DNA of 64,000 bases, taken from positions 9,875 to 73,874 of the forward strand of contig JAJYVQ010000001.1 in the NCBI GenBank assembly GCA_021791915.1, read 5' to 3'. The notes under the pieces were generated by a model. That model saw only the letters and a list, made by a program, of their open reading frames with translations, ran no database searches and was not told the DNA's origin. The DNA comes from Actinomycetes bacterium (GTDB lineage: Bacteria > Actinomycetota > Acidimicrobiia > Acidimicrobiales > JABEUL01). The position numbers and the translations under genes are program-made. Below are positions 17,779-27,971 of this stretch, piece after piece (positions within the stretch are counted from its first letter, which is position 1; each line of letters starts with the position of its first letter).

Positions 17779-18654
17779 TTAATGTATTATCTTGGAAATA
17801 GGAAGTTCTAATATATCGGTTGCACCAATATCTTTAAGTTCAGGTATTAATGTATTAATTTGTGTTTTTAATGCGACAGTTTCAACAGCATATGCATCAC
17901 CAGTCGACAACTGACTTACCGTGGGTGAACGCAACGATGGAATTTTTTCCAATATTTGCTTCAACTTGGAACTTTCTACGTTTAACTTAACTAGTACCTT
18001 GTCCTTTGCTTCAAGACTTCCGACTAGCAGTGTATAAATTTGTTCCATTGCATGAAGTTTATCTTGATGTGATGCAGACTCTCTATTAGCAATCAGTTCT
18101 GTCCGTGATATCAGTAATTCATCTATTATTTTCAAGCCAGCTGCTTTAATTGCATTTCCCGTTTCAGTAATTTCTACTATAGCATCTGCAATATTGGGTA
18201 TTTTGGCTTCTGTTGCACCATAGGACAACCTTATAATCATTTGCTTGCCCAGCTTATCAAAAAAATCTTTAGTGAGATTGGGATACTCTGTTGATATTCT
18301 CGAATTTTCGGGAAGATCTTTTGCCGAACTAAAATCTGATGTCGAATTTACCGCCAACACAACTCGAATTGGATTGGATGTTTTTTTTGAATAACTAAGT
18401 TCACCTAAACTTAAAACATCACTTTTAGTTTCTTCGATCCAATCTCGTCCTGTAATACCGAAATCAAAAAGACCTTCTCTAACATATTGAGGAATCTCTT
18501 GAGGTCTAAGAACTCTGACTTCCGATATCCTTGGATCTTTAATTGAACAGACATAATCCACATCCGATGATCTACTTATGGCTAAATCTGCTGCTGAAAA
18601 TAGCTCAAATGTAGACTTTTCTAACGACCCTTTTGGGACAACAAGCTTTAACAA
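17779..18654 (-). CDS. hisG: ATP phosphoribosyltransferase (long form)
   Basis: 291 aa. MLKLVVPKGSLEKSTFELF and the C-terminal regulatory domain fit long-form HisG. Confidence 0.88.
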   Translation of the reverse strand: MLKLVVPKGSLEKSTFELFSAADLAISRSSDVDYVCSIKDPRISEVRVLRPQEIPQYVREGLFDFGITGRDWIEETKSDVLSLGELSYSKKTSNPIRVVLAVNSTSDFSSAKDLPENSRISTEYPNLTKDFFDKLGKQMIIRLSYGATEAKIPNIADAIVEITETGNAIKAAGLKIIDELLISRTELIANRESASHQDKLHAMEQIYTLLVGSLEAKDKVLVKLNVESSKLKQILEKIPSLRSPTVSQLSTGDAYAVETVALKTQINTLIPELKDIGATDILELPISKIIH

Positions 18655-18719
18655 TTTCTATACCTTAAAAATACCTTTACATTAAAATCTAACAAAACAT
18701 TCGCGTCTATAAAGTTGAT

Positions 18720-19232
18720 CTAGTGAGAATCGATGGAAAGTAGTACATTAGCAGTCCAAATAGCAGTCTCCACAGCTTCAAACCCTTTGTTAGATTCATC
18801 GTTTTTACATCTGTCTTCCGCTTGCTCATCACTATCACAAGTTAATACGCCAAAAATAACCGGAATACCGCTATCGAGTCCAACTTGTAGAATTCCTTCC
18901 ATAGCTGCCGTACATACAAAATCAAAATGCGAAGTATCTCCTTTGATAACCGCTCCCAAACACACAATGGCAGAATACTTGCCACTTGAAGCGATTTTTT
19001 TAGCGACAATCGGCAATTCGAAAGCTCCAGGTACCCATACAGTGACGGTATCTGTTTCCGCAATATTATAATTTTTTAGAGCCTTTCTAGCCCCCTCCAA
19101 AAGCTTATCTGTTATGTGACTGTTAAATCTAGAAACAACTATCCCTAGTCTGATTCCAACTGCTTCCAAACTCCCGCCTAAAATGTTCTCGCCTGACTCA
19201 ACTGGACTTACTTTTGTATACCTACTAGACAT
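18720..19232 (-). CDS. ribH: 6,7-dimethyl-8-ribityllumazine synthase
   Basis: 170 aa. RLGIVVSRFN...VPGAFELP...ALGAVIKGDTSHFD-type blocks. The gene overlaps ribBA by 8 nt. Confidence 0.92.
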   Translation of the reverse strand: MSSRYTKVSPVESGENILGGSLEAVGIRLGIVVSRFNSHITDKLLEGARKALKNYNIAETDTVTVWVPGAFELPIVAKKIASSGKYSAIVCLGAVIKGDTSHFDFVCTAAMEGILQVGLDSGIPVIFGVLTCDSDEQAEDRCKNDESNKGFEAVETAIWTANVLLSIDSH

Positions 19233-20448
19233 CCTCTAACCCATCCAGTAGATGCCCCATCTTCTCTCTTTTTGTCTTTAAATAAGCAATATTTTCTTTG
19301 GTAGGCGCTACCATGAGTGGAACTCGTCCTGTAATTTCAAGTCCGAAACCTTCCAATCCACCATATTTGCTCGGATTATTGGTCATTAGCTGCATTTTAT
19401 TAATACCCAAATCAACCAAAATTTGAGCTCCGATTCCATACTCTCTAGAGTCTACAGGCAACCCTAAATCTAAATTGGCTTCTACTGTATCTCTCCCGTT
19501 TTCCTGCAACGTATATGCCCTTAGCTTATGTGCAATGCCTATACCTCTTCCTTCGTGTCCTCTCAAGTACACCACAACACCCGAACCGTTCTCCGAAATG
19601 AGCTCGAGAGCTTTTGCTAACTGGGGACCGCAGTCGCAACGCTTGGATCCAAAAATATCTCCAGTTAGGCATTCTGAATGAACTCTAACCAATACCGGTT
19701 TTTCAGGATTTATCTCTCCTTTTTGGAGTACTATATGGGTTTCACCGTCCAGGATAGATTCATAAGCAATACAAATGAAATCTCCATATTTTGTCGGAAT
19801 AGTAGCTTGTGAAACCTTCTTAACAAGTTTGTCGGTTTTGGATCTGTATCTTACCAAATCGGCGATCGAGGATAAGACCAAATTGTGTTCTTTGGCAAAC
19901 ACTTTTAATTCATCCAATCTGGCCATTGATTTTTTATCCTTGCTCACCACTTCACATATAACACCTGCTGGATATAGACCAGCAGCTCTACAAAGGTCCA
20001 CAGATGCCTCAGTATGTCCAGCTCGCTTTAATACGCCTCCGTTTCTATACCGCAAGGGAAGTATGTGCCCAGGACGTGCTAAGTCTGCGGGCAAAATATC
20101 AGGGTTTATTAATGCTGCAATAGTTCTTGCACGATCTTCAGCAGAAATACCAGTGGAGTTACCTAACTTGGCATCTACAGTAACAGTAAAAGCTGTCTTT
20201 TGGGATTCAGTATTTTCTTGCACCATTAAAGGTATATTTAGCTCATCTAATCTTTCTGGTAACATCGCTACGCAGATAAAGCCAGAAGTATGGGCCAAAA
20301 AAAATGCGATCGTATCTGGAGTTGCATACTGTGCAGCTACTACCAAGTCTCCCTCATTCTCCCGATCTTCATCGTCCACCAATACAACAATTTCCCCTTT
20401 GGAAATTGCCTTTATTGCTTCTTCTATTGGAGCCAAAGATTGGGTCAT
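19225..20448 (-). CDS. ribBA: bifunctional 3,4-dihydroxy-2-butanone-4-phosphate synthase / GTP cyclohydrolase II
   Basis: 407 aa. DDEDRENEGDL (the RibB part) and the zinc-site CxC motif RVHSECLTGDIFGSKRCDCG (the RibA part). Confidence 0.93.
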   Translation of the reverse strand: MTQSLAPIEEAIKAISKGEIVVLVDDEDRENEGDLVVAAQYATPDTIAFFLAHTSGFICVAMLPERLDELNIPLMVQENTESQKTAFTVTVDAKLGNSTGISAEDRARTIAALINPDILPADLARPGHILPLRYRNGGVLKRAGHTEASVDLCRAAGLYPAGVICEVVSKDKKSMARLDELKVFAKEHNLVLSSIADLVRYRSKTDKLVKKVSQATIPTKYGDFICIAYESILDGETHIVLQKGEINPEKPVLVRVHSECLTGDIFGSKRCDCGPQLAKALELISENGSGVVVYLRGHEGRGIGIAHKLRAYTLQENGRDTVEANLDLGLPVDSREYGIGAQILVDLGINKMQLMTNNPSKYGGLEGFGLEITGRVPLMVAPTKENIAYLKTKREKMGHLLDGLEDV

Positions 20449-20475
20449 ATCGCTTAGTTAGTTCGACTTCTTATA

Positions 20476-21546
20476 TTAATTTTCATTTCGGTTTTTCTCA
20501 AGAATACTCTCAATAAATTTTACAGTAATGTCGCTTAGATAGTCTATTCTAATATCCTCACCCAACTGTTCGACAGATTCGAATGACCCTGTTTTCAGAT
20601 CGGCAATTAAATCTGTCCCTATTCCAGAAAACATCGTTATGCCGTCGTTTGCTCCATAAATTTTAGGTGCCATAAATACCGTAATCTGATTGAGCAAATT
20701 AGACCTTAAAAATTCATAAGCTACTTTTGAACCGCCTTCTATCATTACCTGCTGAAAATCCTTATCTTTAAAACTTTCACAAAACTTATTAACTTCCCCA
20801 CTATATCTTAAATAAGGTGTAGCCTTAAAACTGCCTAAAACTTCTCCAAAAACAATCCTTTCGGGTTGTTTTTTGATTAACTTGTCGTATCCATATCGAA
20901 CTGTAAGCTCTGGATCGTCATTTTTTAAAGTGGCAACACCCACTACAATAGCATCTGAAGTAGCTCGCAAAAAATGAACTGCCTTTCTGGAAGTTTCTCC
21001 CGAGACCCACTTAGAATCGCCACTACGAGTTGCAATTATCCCATCTAAGGTGGTGGCCATTTTAAGCAAAAAGTAAGGATTACCGTTTACTCTATGCCAT
21101 AAATAAGGCAGTAGATTTTTAATTATTTTTAACTTGTCTTGATCTGGGAAAAAGTCTACTGTCACCCCTGATTCTCTTAAAACTTTAATGCCCGACCCGT
21201 TTACATTCTTGTCTGGATCTTTGATCCCTACTACTACCCTTGAAATCTTAGCGTCGATTATTGCCTTAGTGCACGGACCTGTTTTTCCGTAATGGCTACA
21301 TGGCTCCAAAGTTACATAAAGTGTTGAACTTAAAGCCGCCCGACCTGCGGCTTTAATCGCTACTACTTCGGCATGTTCTTTACCAAATTCTTGAGTGTGC
21401 CCCAAAAACCACTTTTTAGGATCGTCTTGGCAATCTTTTGGCACTAATGCTGCACCTACCCAAGGATTAGGACGACTGATTATTTTCGATTTTAGAGATT
21501 CTGTAATCGCTGTCTCAATGGGATCAACTGACTCGTAATTTAACAT
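20476..21546 (-). CDS. ribD: bifunctional diaminohydroxyphosphoribosylaminopyrimidine deaminase / 5-amino-6-(5-phosphoribosylamino)uracil reductase
   Basis: 356 aa. Deaminase zinc motifs HAEVVAI and PCSHYGKTGPC, followed by the reductase half. Confidence 0.9.
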   Translation of the reverse strand: MLNYESVDPIETAITESLKSKIISRPNPWVGAALVPKDCQDDPKKWFLGHTQEFGKEHAEVVAIKAAGRAALSSTLYVTLEPCSHYGKTGPCTKAIIDAKISRVVVGIKDPDKNVNGSGIKVLRESGVTVDFFPDQDKLKIIKNLLPYLWHRVNGNPYFLLKMATTLDGIIATRSGDSKWVSGETSRKAVHFLRATSDAIVVGVATLKNDDPELTVRYGYDKLIKKQPERIVFGEVLGSFKATPYLRYSGEVNKFCESFKDKDFQQVMIEGGSKVAYEFLRSNLLNQITVFMAPKIYGANDGITMFSGIGTDLIADLKTGSFESVEQLGEDIRIDYLSDITVKFIESILEKNRNEN

Positions 21547-21572
21547 TTATTAGACTCTTTTTTTTCTAAATT

Positions 21573-22052
21573 TTAGTGAGATTTGTCCGTACCGAAAATC
21601 AAGTCAAGTCCATGTCTTATAAGTGGCTCTATTTTCATAAATGACTCTTCCACTGCTCTAACTGATCCAGGAAAATTAATGATCAAACAGTCATCTACTA
21701 TTCCAGAAACCCCTCGTGAAAGTTTAGCTTTGCCACTTACCGACCTAATAGCCTCATCAATACCGGGGGTCAGCCGTTCTACTACTTTTAAGGTTGCTTC
21801 TGGAGTTAAATCTCTTTTGGAAAATCCAGTGCCGCCCGTTGTAAATATTACACCTTTAAATAAATGTGCTTCTTTTGATAGCAACTCGGATACCTCTTCT
21901 ATCCCGTCTTTAGTCAGCAATCTTGATTGCAGATAATATCCGGTATCTTTAAGGAGTTTTTCCAAAAGGTCACCAGAAGAATCGACTCTCAAATTTTCAC
22001 TAGCTGAATCCGATACAGTTACAATTTTTGCAGAATACATATCATCACGCAT
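21573..22052 (-). CDS. MoaB/MogA family molybdopterin-binding protein
   Basis: 159 aa. The FTTGGTGFSKRDLTPEAT signature is present. Confidence 0.75.
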   Translation of the reverse strand: MRDDMYSAKIVTVSDSASENLRVDSSGDLLEKLLKDTGYYLQSRLLTKDGIEEVSELLSKEAHLFKGVIFTTGGTGFSKRDLTPEATLKVVERLTPGIDEAIRSVSGKAKLSRGVSGIVDDCLIINFPGSVRAVEESFMKIEPLIRHGLDLIFGTDKSH

Positions 22053-22153
22053 AAGTCACTTTCGCCACTTACTTATTGCCAAATTCTATCGAATATAATA
22101 TTAACCAATGTTAACTTTAGTGAAACTTGTTTAATAGATTCATATTAAATACT

Positions 22154-22813
22154 CTAATGCCGTATGCCTATTGCAAGACTTTTTAGAGCACTTATGATTC
22201 CTATTGGTTGCTCGGATTCAAAAATTGCCGAGCCTACAACTAATATATCTGCTCCAGCGTCGATACATCCAGGTGCGGTAAGTAGGTTTACACCGCCGTC
22301 GACTTCAATTCTAAACGAAAGGTTATTTTCTTCACGATATTTACTTGCAAGTCTTAACTTATCCAAAGCTTCCAACATAAATGTTTGACCGCCAAACCCA
22401 GGAAATACGCTCATAATCAATAGTAAATCTACTTTTTCCAAATACGGTACAACGTGGGAGAAATCTGTATCTGGATTCAGAGCCAACCCTTTGGATAACT
22501 GAAGATCTTCCATCTGATCTATAAGCTCTAAAGTTTTCCCTACTTCTATATGCACTGTAGTTAAATCAGCACCAGCCTCTTTAAAACTTTCTAGATACTT
22601 TCTAGGATTTTCAATCATTAAATGGCAGTCAAAGTAAAGATTAGAATGTTTTCTTAGGGACTTAACTACGGGTGGTCCGATAGTAATATTAGGAACGAAA
22701 TGCCCATCCATAATATCTAGATGACAGTGATCAGTAACTTTTGCGATGTCATCTAAGATATTCGTTAAATAACCAAAATCAGCCGAAAGAATTGAAGGAG
22801 CTACCGTTATCAC
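22154..22813 (-). CDS. rpe: ribulose-phosphate 3-epimerase
   Basis: 219 aa. VAPSILSADF, HLDIMDGHFVPN, PGFGGQTF and VDGG blocks are present. Confidence 0.92.
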   Translation of the reverse strand: MITVAPSILSADFGYLTNILDDIAKVTDHCHLDIMDGHFVPNITIGPPVVKSLRKHSNLYFDCHLMIENPRKYLESFKEAGADLTTVHIEVGKTLELIDQMEDLQLSKGLALNPDTDFSHVVPYLEKVDLLLIMSVFPGFGGQTFMLEALDKLRLASKYREENNLSFRIEVDGGVNLLTAPGCIDAGADILVVGSAIFESEQPIGIISALKSLAIGIRH

Positions 22814-23082
22814 TTATATAATTTTAACTCGTTTTAATCGCCTCTAAGATCTAGTATCTACTACTTAAGCTAATACTCTGTTTCTTGACCTTCTTTCACC
22901 ATGATTTTAACAACCAAAATATTCAAAAAGTTAATTTTGGAATACCAATTATTTAAGGTAACCTGAACACTTTTATATGGGCTCTAATAGCCAAGTTTGA
23001 AAAATTAGTCCTTTTGCAATAAGCTTAAATTCTACCTTTAGATAAATTCAAACTTATTAGATTAACTGATTCGATAAAACTC

Positions 23083-24270
23083 ATGAAGTCACTTTCAAAC
23101 TTAAAGCTCCAAAGTATAAAAGTCACTTGTATTGTAATTTTATTAAGCTTTACTTGCATAACCGCATGTTCTGGTCCATCGTCTAAACCATCTTCAACTT
23201 CAGACTGCTGGCCAAACTGTTCTAATTCCGAAGCGACAATGCGATTTGGCGTAATTCCAGGAGCATTCAGTATGGAACGCTACTTCGGAATTAAAATAAC
23301 TTCTAACAGCAACAATAAGTTGGAACTTGCCGTTTTAAGACAACTTGCAGGTGGAAGACCATTTTACATTCACATGTATGCAGCATGGAAATCTGGTATT
23401 AACTCTCAACTAATCGATCAAATCAATGAATACAAAAACGCTGGTCTTTTAATAAATTTAGCTTTACGGTATATTCCACCTGCTGGACATAACGGAGATG
23501 TAGTTGGATATGCAAACTGGATCAAATCTTCAGTTACAAAGCTCAAACAGGTGTCTATTTTTCAAATTACCAATGAAGCCAATGTCGGAACTACAACAGA
23601 CTCTGACGGTTATTATAAAAACGCACCCCTAGCTCTAGTTAAGGGAATTGAAGCCGCTGCTACAGTTAAAACAAAAAATCAAATTATCGGCTTTAATTGG
23701 TCAAATTCCCCATACGATTCACAAAGCGCACAGTTTTGGTCGCAACTTAAAACATTCGGTAATAAACAACTAATAAAGGATACTGGGTTTGTTGGAATTG
23801 ATCTGTATCCTCAAACTTATTTTCCTCAACTAACTAACACTGGATTAAAATCTCTTGAATCCGAGGTAACAAGTTCCCTTAAGGCTTTGCGGTATAAATT
23901 TATGCCATTGGCAGGTTTTACAAATAAAATTCCAATATTCATTCAGGAAACTTCGTGGCCTGACTATATACCCCCAAACACAAGTTTGCTTGCAGCAAAC
24001 AAACTTTACTCATTTGCTAACAATATCGTTCAAAAGATACTGAACGTAAATGCATTTAACAGGTCTCAAACAGCTCAAGCTAAAGCTCTGAGTCTCATCG
24101 TTAAGGGTGCAGAACAATCACATGTCAACGTAGAACTAATTCAGTGGTTTGATCTTCAGGACGCAAATAACCTTTTAGGCGACGGTTGGGGGCTTGTAAA
24201 TGACAATTTTAATCCGAAACCATCATTTTATGTTTTCAAATCCCTTGTAAAAAATACCCCAAATGGATAA
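23083..24270 (+). CDS. secreted lipoprotein, clan GH-A (TIM-barrel) glycoside hydrolase-like
   Basis: 395 aa. Signal peptide with lipobox ITAC, followed by the Ser/Pro-rich stretch SGPSSKPSSTS. FQITNEANV is a candidate Asn-Glu acid/base and IFIQETSWP a candidate nucleophile Glu, with spacing typical of clan GH-A. Confidence 0.55.
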   Translation: MKSLSNLKLQSIKVTCIVILLSFTCITACSGPSSKPSSTSDCWPNCSNSEATMRFGVIPGAFSMERYFGIKITSNSNNKLELAVLRQLAGGRPFYIHMYAAWKSGINSQLIDQINEYKNAGLLINLALRYIPPAGHNGDVVGYANWIKSSVTKLKQVSIFQITNEANVGTTTDSDGYYKNAPLALVKGIEAAATVKTKNQIIGFNWSNSPYDSQSAQFWSQLKTFGNKQLIKDTGFVGIDLYPQTYFPQLTNTGLKSLESEVTSSLKALRYKFMPLAGFTNKIPIFIQETSWPDYIPPNTSLLAANKLYSFANNIVQKILNVNAFNRSQTAQAKALSLIVKGAEQSHVNVELIQWFDLQDANNLLGDGWGLVNDNFNPKPSFYVFKSLVKNTPNG

Positions 24271-24943
24271 GCATAAAAAGTTATTCGTTGCAAATTCTTT
24301 GTCGGGATTATGTTTGATTCTGTCGTTAACCTTGTCCGAGGTATTCCCAGTATCTTCCACAATTAACAAAACTCCACAATTTTTTACCGCACGCCTTATT
24401 TTGACACCTATATGGGACTCAATTAAGTCACAACATAGCTGGGTTTTATTGGTACCCGCTGTAGTTCTGTTTATCATAAGCTTAAGCCCCTACTTATATA
24501 ACAAAGATACCAAGGAGCTTAAATGGTTTCCGACATGGATCGCAGTGGTTTTAATCGTAATTGGTTTATCTTTCTTTCCTTTGGCTTATTCCATTAAAGA
24601 TGCCCAAAATATTGGGCCCCTGTGGTCACTATTATTTTTTCTCTTTGCTGGAGTAAACCTTGTTGTGCAAAATAAAGATTTCTTTTTTGCTGCCACAATT
24701 TCAGCTTTCTTCTGGGATATGGGAGCTGGAATACAAGGTATAATGCGTTCGATTCCAACCCTTCCTGAACCTTATTACAATACAGCGAGTCCAAAGCTCG
24801 TTCTGGTCGTAGACTCTTTAGCAATTTTGATCACAATTGTGATATGGATTAGCGGGATTAAACCTTCAGACAGCTTAAACAAGCTCTACTTTAAATTCAA
24901 CCAATCTAAAACTAGAAGAATAAAACAAAGTACCGAAATTTAA
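24263..24943 (+). CDS. polytopic membrane protein, unknown function
   Basis: 226 aa with about 6 hydrophobic helices. Its start overlaps the hydrolase stop by 8 nt, which suggests translational coupling. Confidence 0.55.
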   Translation: MDKHKKLFVANSLSGLCLILSLTLSEVFPVSSTINKTPQFFTARLILTPIWDSIKSQHSWVLLVPAVVLFIISLSPYLYNKDTKELKWFPTWIAVVLIVIGLSFFPLAYSIKDAQNIGPLWSLLFFLFAGVNLVVQNKDFFFAATISAFFWDMGAGIQGIMRSIPTLPEPYYNTASPKLVLVVDSLAILITIVIWISGIKPSDSLNKLYFKFNQSKTRRIKQSTEI

Positions 24944-25054
24944 GAAAAACTAAATATTTTAAATTATCAAATTGTTTTTCAAAAGCGTCATCTTTAACCG
25001 TAGCTTCAATTAACATGCTGGTATATCTTGGTCGTAAGTTAATTCTTCAAGTGA

Positions 25055-25999
25055 TTATGGGTATGGATCAATTTTGTATATTTTCTTCATTTTCACAAAT
25101 CCGTTATAAAAATCAGATCCAAACATTTCTTTTTTAGATTGAGGAATCACTTTACAAAGTTCTATAAAGCCATCACTTAAAGTCAAGATCAGCCTGTTAT
25201 CTGAAAGCTTTAGATCAAACAACTCATCATTGTGGATTATCTCGTGGCTGTCCAATATTCTTGCCTCTATCACCTTTACTTTAAGGTCCGTATAGTAAAA
25301 ATAAGCCCCGCCAATTCTGATTTTGGCAAATGCCTGTTTTACTGTATCGTAAGTCGATATTCGTAATTCTTCAGTGGATATCTTCTTTGCCCAAGTTACC
25401 ATTCCTGTTTGTCTTGTTGGTCGACCTAAATTTGCTGCACTGTATGTCATTGGTTCAGTTCTGGCAGTTACGTCGCTCTTCAAGTTCTTCACTAATATAT
25501 CGATGCTTTTTGTAGCAAGTTTTTCATACAAAATATTCAAAGTATCGGTTTCACCAATTCGTACTTCAATCTGATCAAATATATCACCAGCATCTAAATC
25601 TTCGGCAATTTCCATTAACGAAACACCGGTAACATGCTCACCGCTTAAGATTGCCCGTTCAACTGGTGCTGCACCCCTATATTTCGGCAACAAAGAAAAA
25701 TGGATATTTACGAGTCTCAGATTAGAAATTATACGATTTGGAATCAACTTTCCATAAGCTACTACAATTCCCAAACTATAGTTGTTCAAATCAATATCAT
25801 CTAGATTATAAAAGACATTAAGGTTGTAATATTTTGCTACTTTTTCTACGGGAGTCACGGAGAGTGCAGATCCCCTAGTCCGCCGTTTTGGCTCTTTGCT
25901 TACTACTGATGTAATCGGTAAATTTTCATCTATGAGCTTTTTGAGTATGTCTGCTGAAACCGTCGGAGACCCTAAATATAGAAATTGCTCTGATTTCAT
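25055..25999 (-). CDS. fmt: methionyl-tRNA formyltransferase
   Basis: 314 aa. The HFSLLPKYRGAAPVERAIL signature is present, and the gene lies downstream of def. Confidence 0.9.
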   Translation of the reverse strand: MKSEQFLYLGSPTVSADILKKLIDENLPITSVVSKEPKRRTRGSALSVTPVEKVAKYYNLNVFYNLDDIDLNNYSLGIVVAYGKLIPNRIISNLRLVNIHFSLLPKYRGAAPVERAILSGEHVTGVSLMEIAEDLDAGDIFDQIEVRIGETDTLNILYEKLATKSIDILVKNLKSDVTARTEPMTYSAANLGRPTRQTGMVTWAKKISTEELRISTYDTVKQAFAKIRIGGAYFYYTDLKVKVIEARILDSHEIIHNDELFDLKLSDNRLILTLSDGFIELCKVIPQSKKEMFGSDFYNGFVKMKKIYKIDPYP

Positions 26000-26027
26000 A
26001 AGTTAGAACAGCAAATTCAATCTTGTC

Positions 26028-26561
26028 TCAATTATTTTCGTCTTGTAAATAAGATTCGTTCGCTTTATTTGTCAGATACTCTCGTAAGGTCTTCTTTGCT
26101 TCTTTGAGTTGATCGGGATCTAGATATTCTAACATTAACTTACCGTTTAAATGATCTATCTCGTGTTGGATCAACCGACCAAACAGTTCGTCTGCTTCAA
26201 TTTCTAATTCGTTTCCGTCAAGGTCAATCCCCTTCAGGTTCACAACCTTAGGTCTAACGATCGGAAATCTTAACCCCGGTACCGATAAACAACCTTCTTC
26301 GTAAGTCCATTCTCCATCTGACTCCGTAATTACCGGATTAATTATAACCTGAGGGTCACCTTCAGAATCTAAATCGTACACAAAAATTTGCTTATCTATA
26401 CCTATTTGATTTGCTGCAAGACCAATTCCATTTGAAGTTTCCATTAAAGTATCTATCATGTCATCAACTACAGACACCAACCTACCGTTGATATCCGTAA
26501 CTTTATCTGCAACAGCTTTTAAAACAGGATCGCCGTAAATTCTAATTTCTCTTATAGCCAT
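26028..26561 (-). CDS. def: peptide deformylase
   Basis: 177 aa. GIGLAANQIG, EGCLSVPG and HEIDHLNG motifs are present. Confidence 0.95.
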   Translation of the reverse strand: MAIREIRIYGDPVLKAVADKVTDINGRLVSVVDDMIDTLMETSNGIGLAANQIGIDKQIFVYDLDSEGDPQVIINPVITESDGEWTYEEGCLSVPGLRFPIVRPKVVNLKGIDLDGNELEIEADELFGRLIQHEIDHLNGKLMLEYLDPDQLKEAKKTLREYLTNKANESYLQDENN

Positions 26562-27499
26562 ATATTTAATTTACTAACAATTTGTACAGTTTGTTCAACA
26601 TCTTTTTTTATTTGATTGACTAACTCTTCCAACGAATCAAACTTAATTTCATCTCTAAGTCGGTCTATCAAAAAAACTTCTAAATCAATACCGTATATAT
26701 TATTATCAAAGTCAACAATATAAGCTTCAAAACTGACCGTTTCGACGTCATCTATTGTAGGCCGAGATCCTATGGAAACCGCAGTAACGTATTTTTTATT
26801 ATTAATATTGCAGTAACCGGCATAAATCCCATTCTTGGGAAGTACTAACCCTTCGTTAACAAATATGTTCGCTGTTGGAAACCCCAATTTTTCACCCATC
26901 TTATTTCCGTGTACAACTTTGCCTTTGTAGCTATAATATCTTCCCATCAACTCTGAAGCCAAAGAAACTTTCCCATTTAATATCAAAGTTCTCAGCTTAG
27001 TTGAAGAGATCCGGTTTTTTATAACGTCAGTAATAAGAGGCAATCCCAATACCTTAAAGCCCAACTTTTCCCCCCACTGGGTCAATAGTTCCAAATTTCC
27101 TTCTCTGTTGTGCCCAAATTTGAAATCTTCACCTACTACTACCGCTTTAACATTTAAAGAATCTACCAAAAGATTTGAAATAAAGCTTTGTGCCGACTGA
27201 CGAGCCATTACAGTGTCAAATTTAATCACTAGCACTTCGTCTATTCCACAGTCTTTTATTAACTCACAACGTTTTTCAAGTGGATAAATTAGCTTCGGTG
27301 ATATATCTGGTTTGAGCAATGATAACGGATGAGGGTCAAACGTAACACATATTGATTTAAGACCATTTTGTCTTGACAGATTAACTGTTGCATCCAGAAG
27401 GGCCGTGTGTCCACGATGAATACCGTCAAAAACCCCTATTGTTACACAGGTTTCTTCTAATGTCGTATGCTGCGAATCAAAATACTTAAAATACATCAC
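26552..27499 (-). CDS. ribF: bifunctional riboflavin kinase / FMN adenylyltransferase
   Basis: 315 aa. GVFDGIHRGH, then the kinase half GFPTAN. The gene overlaps def by 10 nt. Confidence 0.9.
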   Translation of the reverse strand: MMYFKYFDSQHTTLEETCVTIGVFDGIHRGHTALLDATVNLSRQNGLKSICVTFDPHPLSLLKPDISPKLIYPLEKRCELIKDCGIDEVLVIKFDTVMARQSAQSFISNLLVDSLNVKAVVVGEDFKFGHNREGNLELLTQWGEKLGFKVLGLPLITDVIKNRISSTKLRTLILNGKVSLASELMGRYYSYKGKVVHGNKMGEKLGFPTANIFVNEGLVLPKNGIYAGYCNINNKKYVTAVSIGSRPTIDDVETVSFEAYIVDFDNNIYGIDLEVFLIDRLRDEIKFDSLEELVNQIKKDVEQTVQIVSKLNIWL

Positions 27500-27702
27500 A
27501 GAAACTAAATTTTAACTGGAATCTTTAATAATTTCATTAGGAGCAATTAGTGATAGCGGGTTAGTTTGAATTGGAACCTTTATTTATAAATTGTAACACT
27601 TGGATTATATAATAATAGCTAGCAATAAACAGATTGCTAAAAAATTTGGAAACTATTAAGTAAAAGATCCCAATTAAACAACTATTGCAATAGATCCGCA
27701 AT

Positions 27703-27730
27703 ATACATCACGCTAAATACATCACGCTAA
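27703..27730. repeat. tandem repeat, 14 bp x2 (ATACATCACGCTAA)
   Basis: Units at 27703-27716 and 27717-27730, directly abutting the next array. Confidence 0.85.
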
Positions 27731-27773
27731 GAATATTACTAAGAATATTACTAAGAATATTACTAAGAATATT
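27731..27773. repeat. tandem repeat, 12 bp x3.6 (GAATATTACTAA)
   Basis: Units at 27731, 27743 and 27755, plus a partial unit at 27767-27773. Located in the 472 bp truB-ribF spacer. Confidence 0.9.
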
Positions 27774-27971
27774 TTAGAGGATGGCAAAGCCTTACCGCAC
27801 AAAACAGATAGTCTATTTTTTAATGAGTAGGTTAAAATAGATCGACTGTCCAATTATTATTATTTCTTCGAGAAGTTGCTGAATTAAACTTTTATGACAC
27901 AAGGTAAGTTGGTAAGATCTTAGCTGACCATAACCACAATTACTCTTTTTTTGTTTAAATCTAATTAGCTA

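Noticed and set aside
19775-20516. ORFs of 228 aa and 70 aa on the plus strand
   Set aside because: They are antisense shadow frames of ribBA/ribD with no recognisable motifs.
21547-21572. Expected FMN riboswitch upstream of the rib genes
   Set aside because: Only 26 bp separate ribD from the upstream MoaB-like gene, and I saw no FMN-element-like sequence. Also, ribE is simply not in this window, and that absence alone is not informative.
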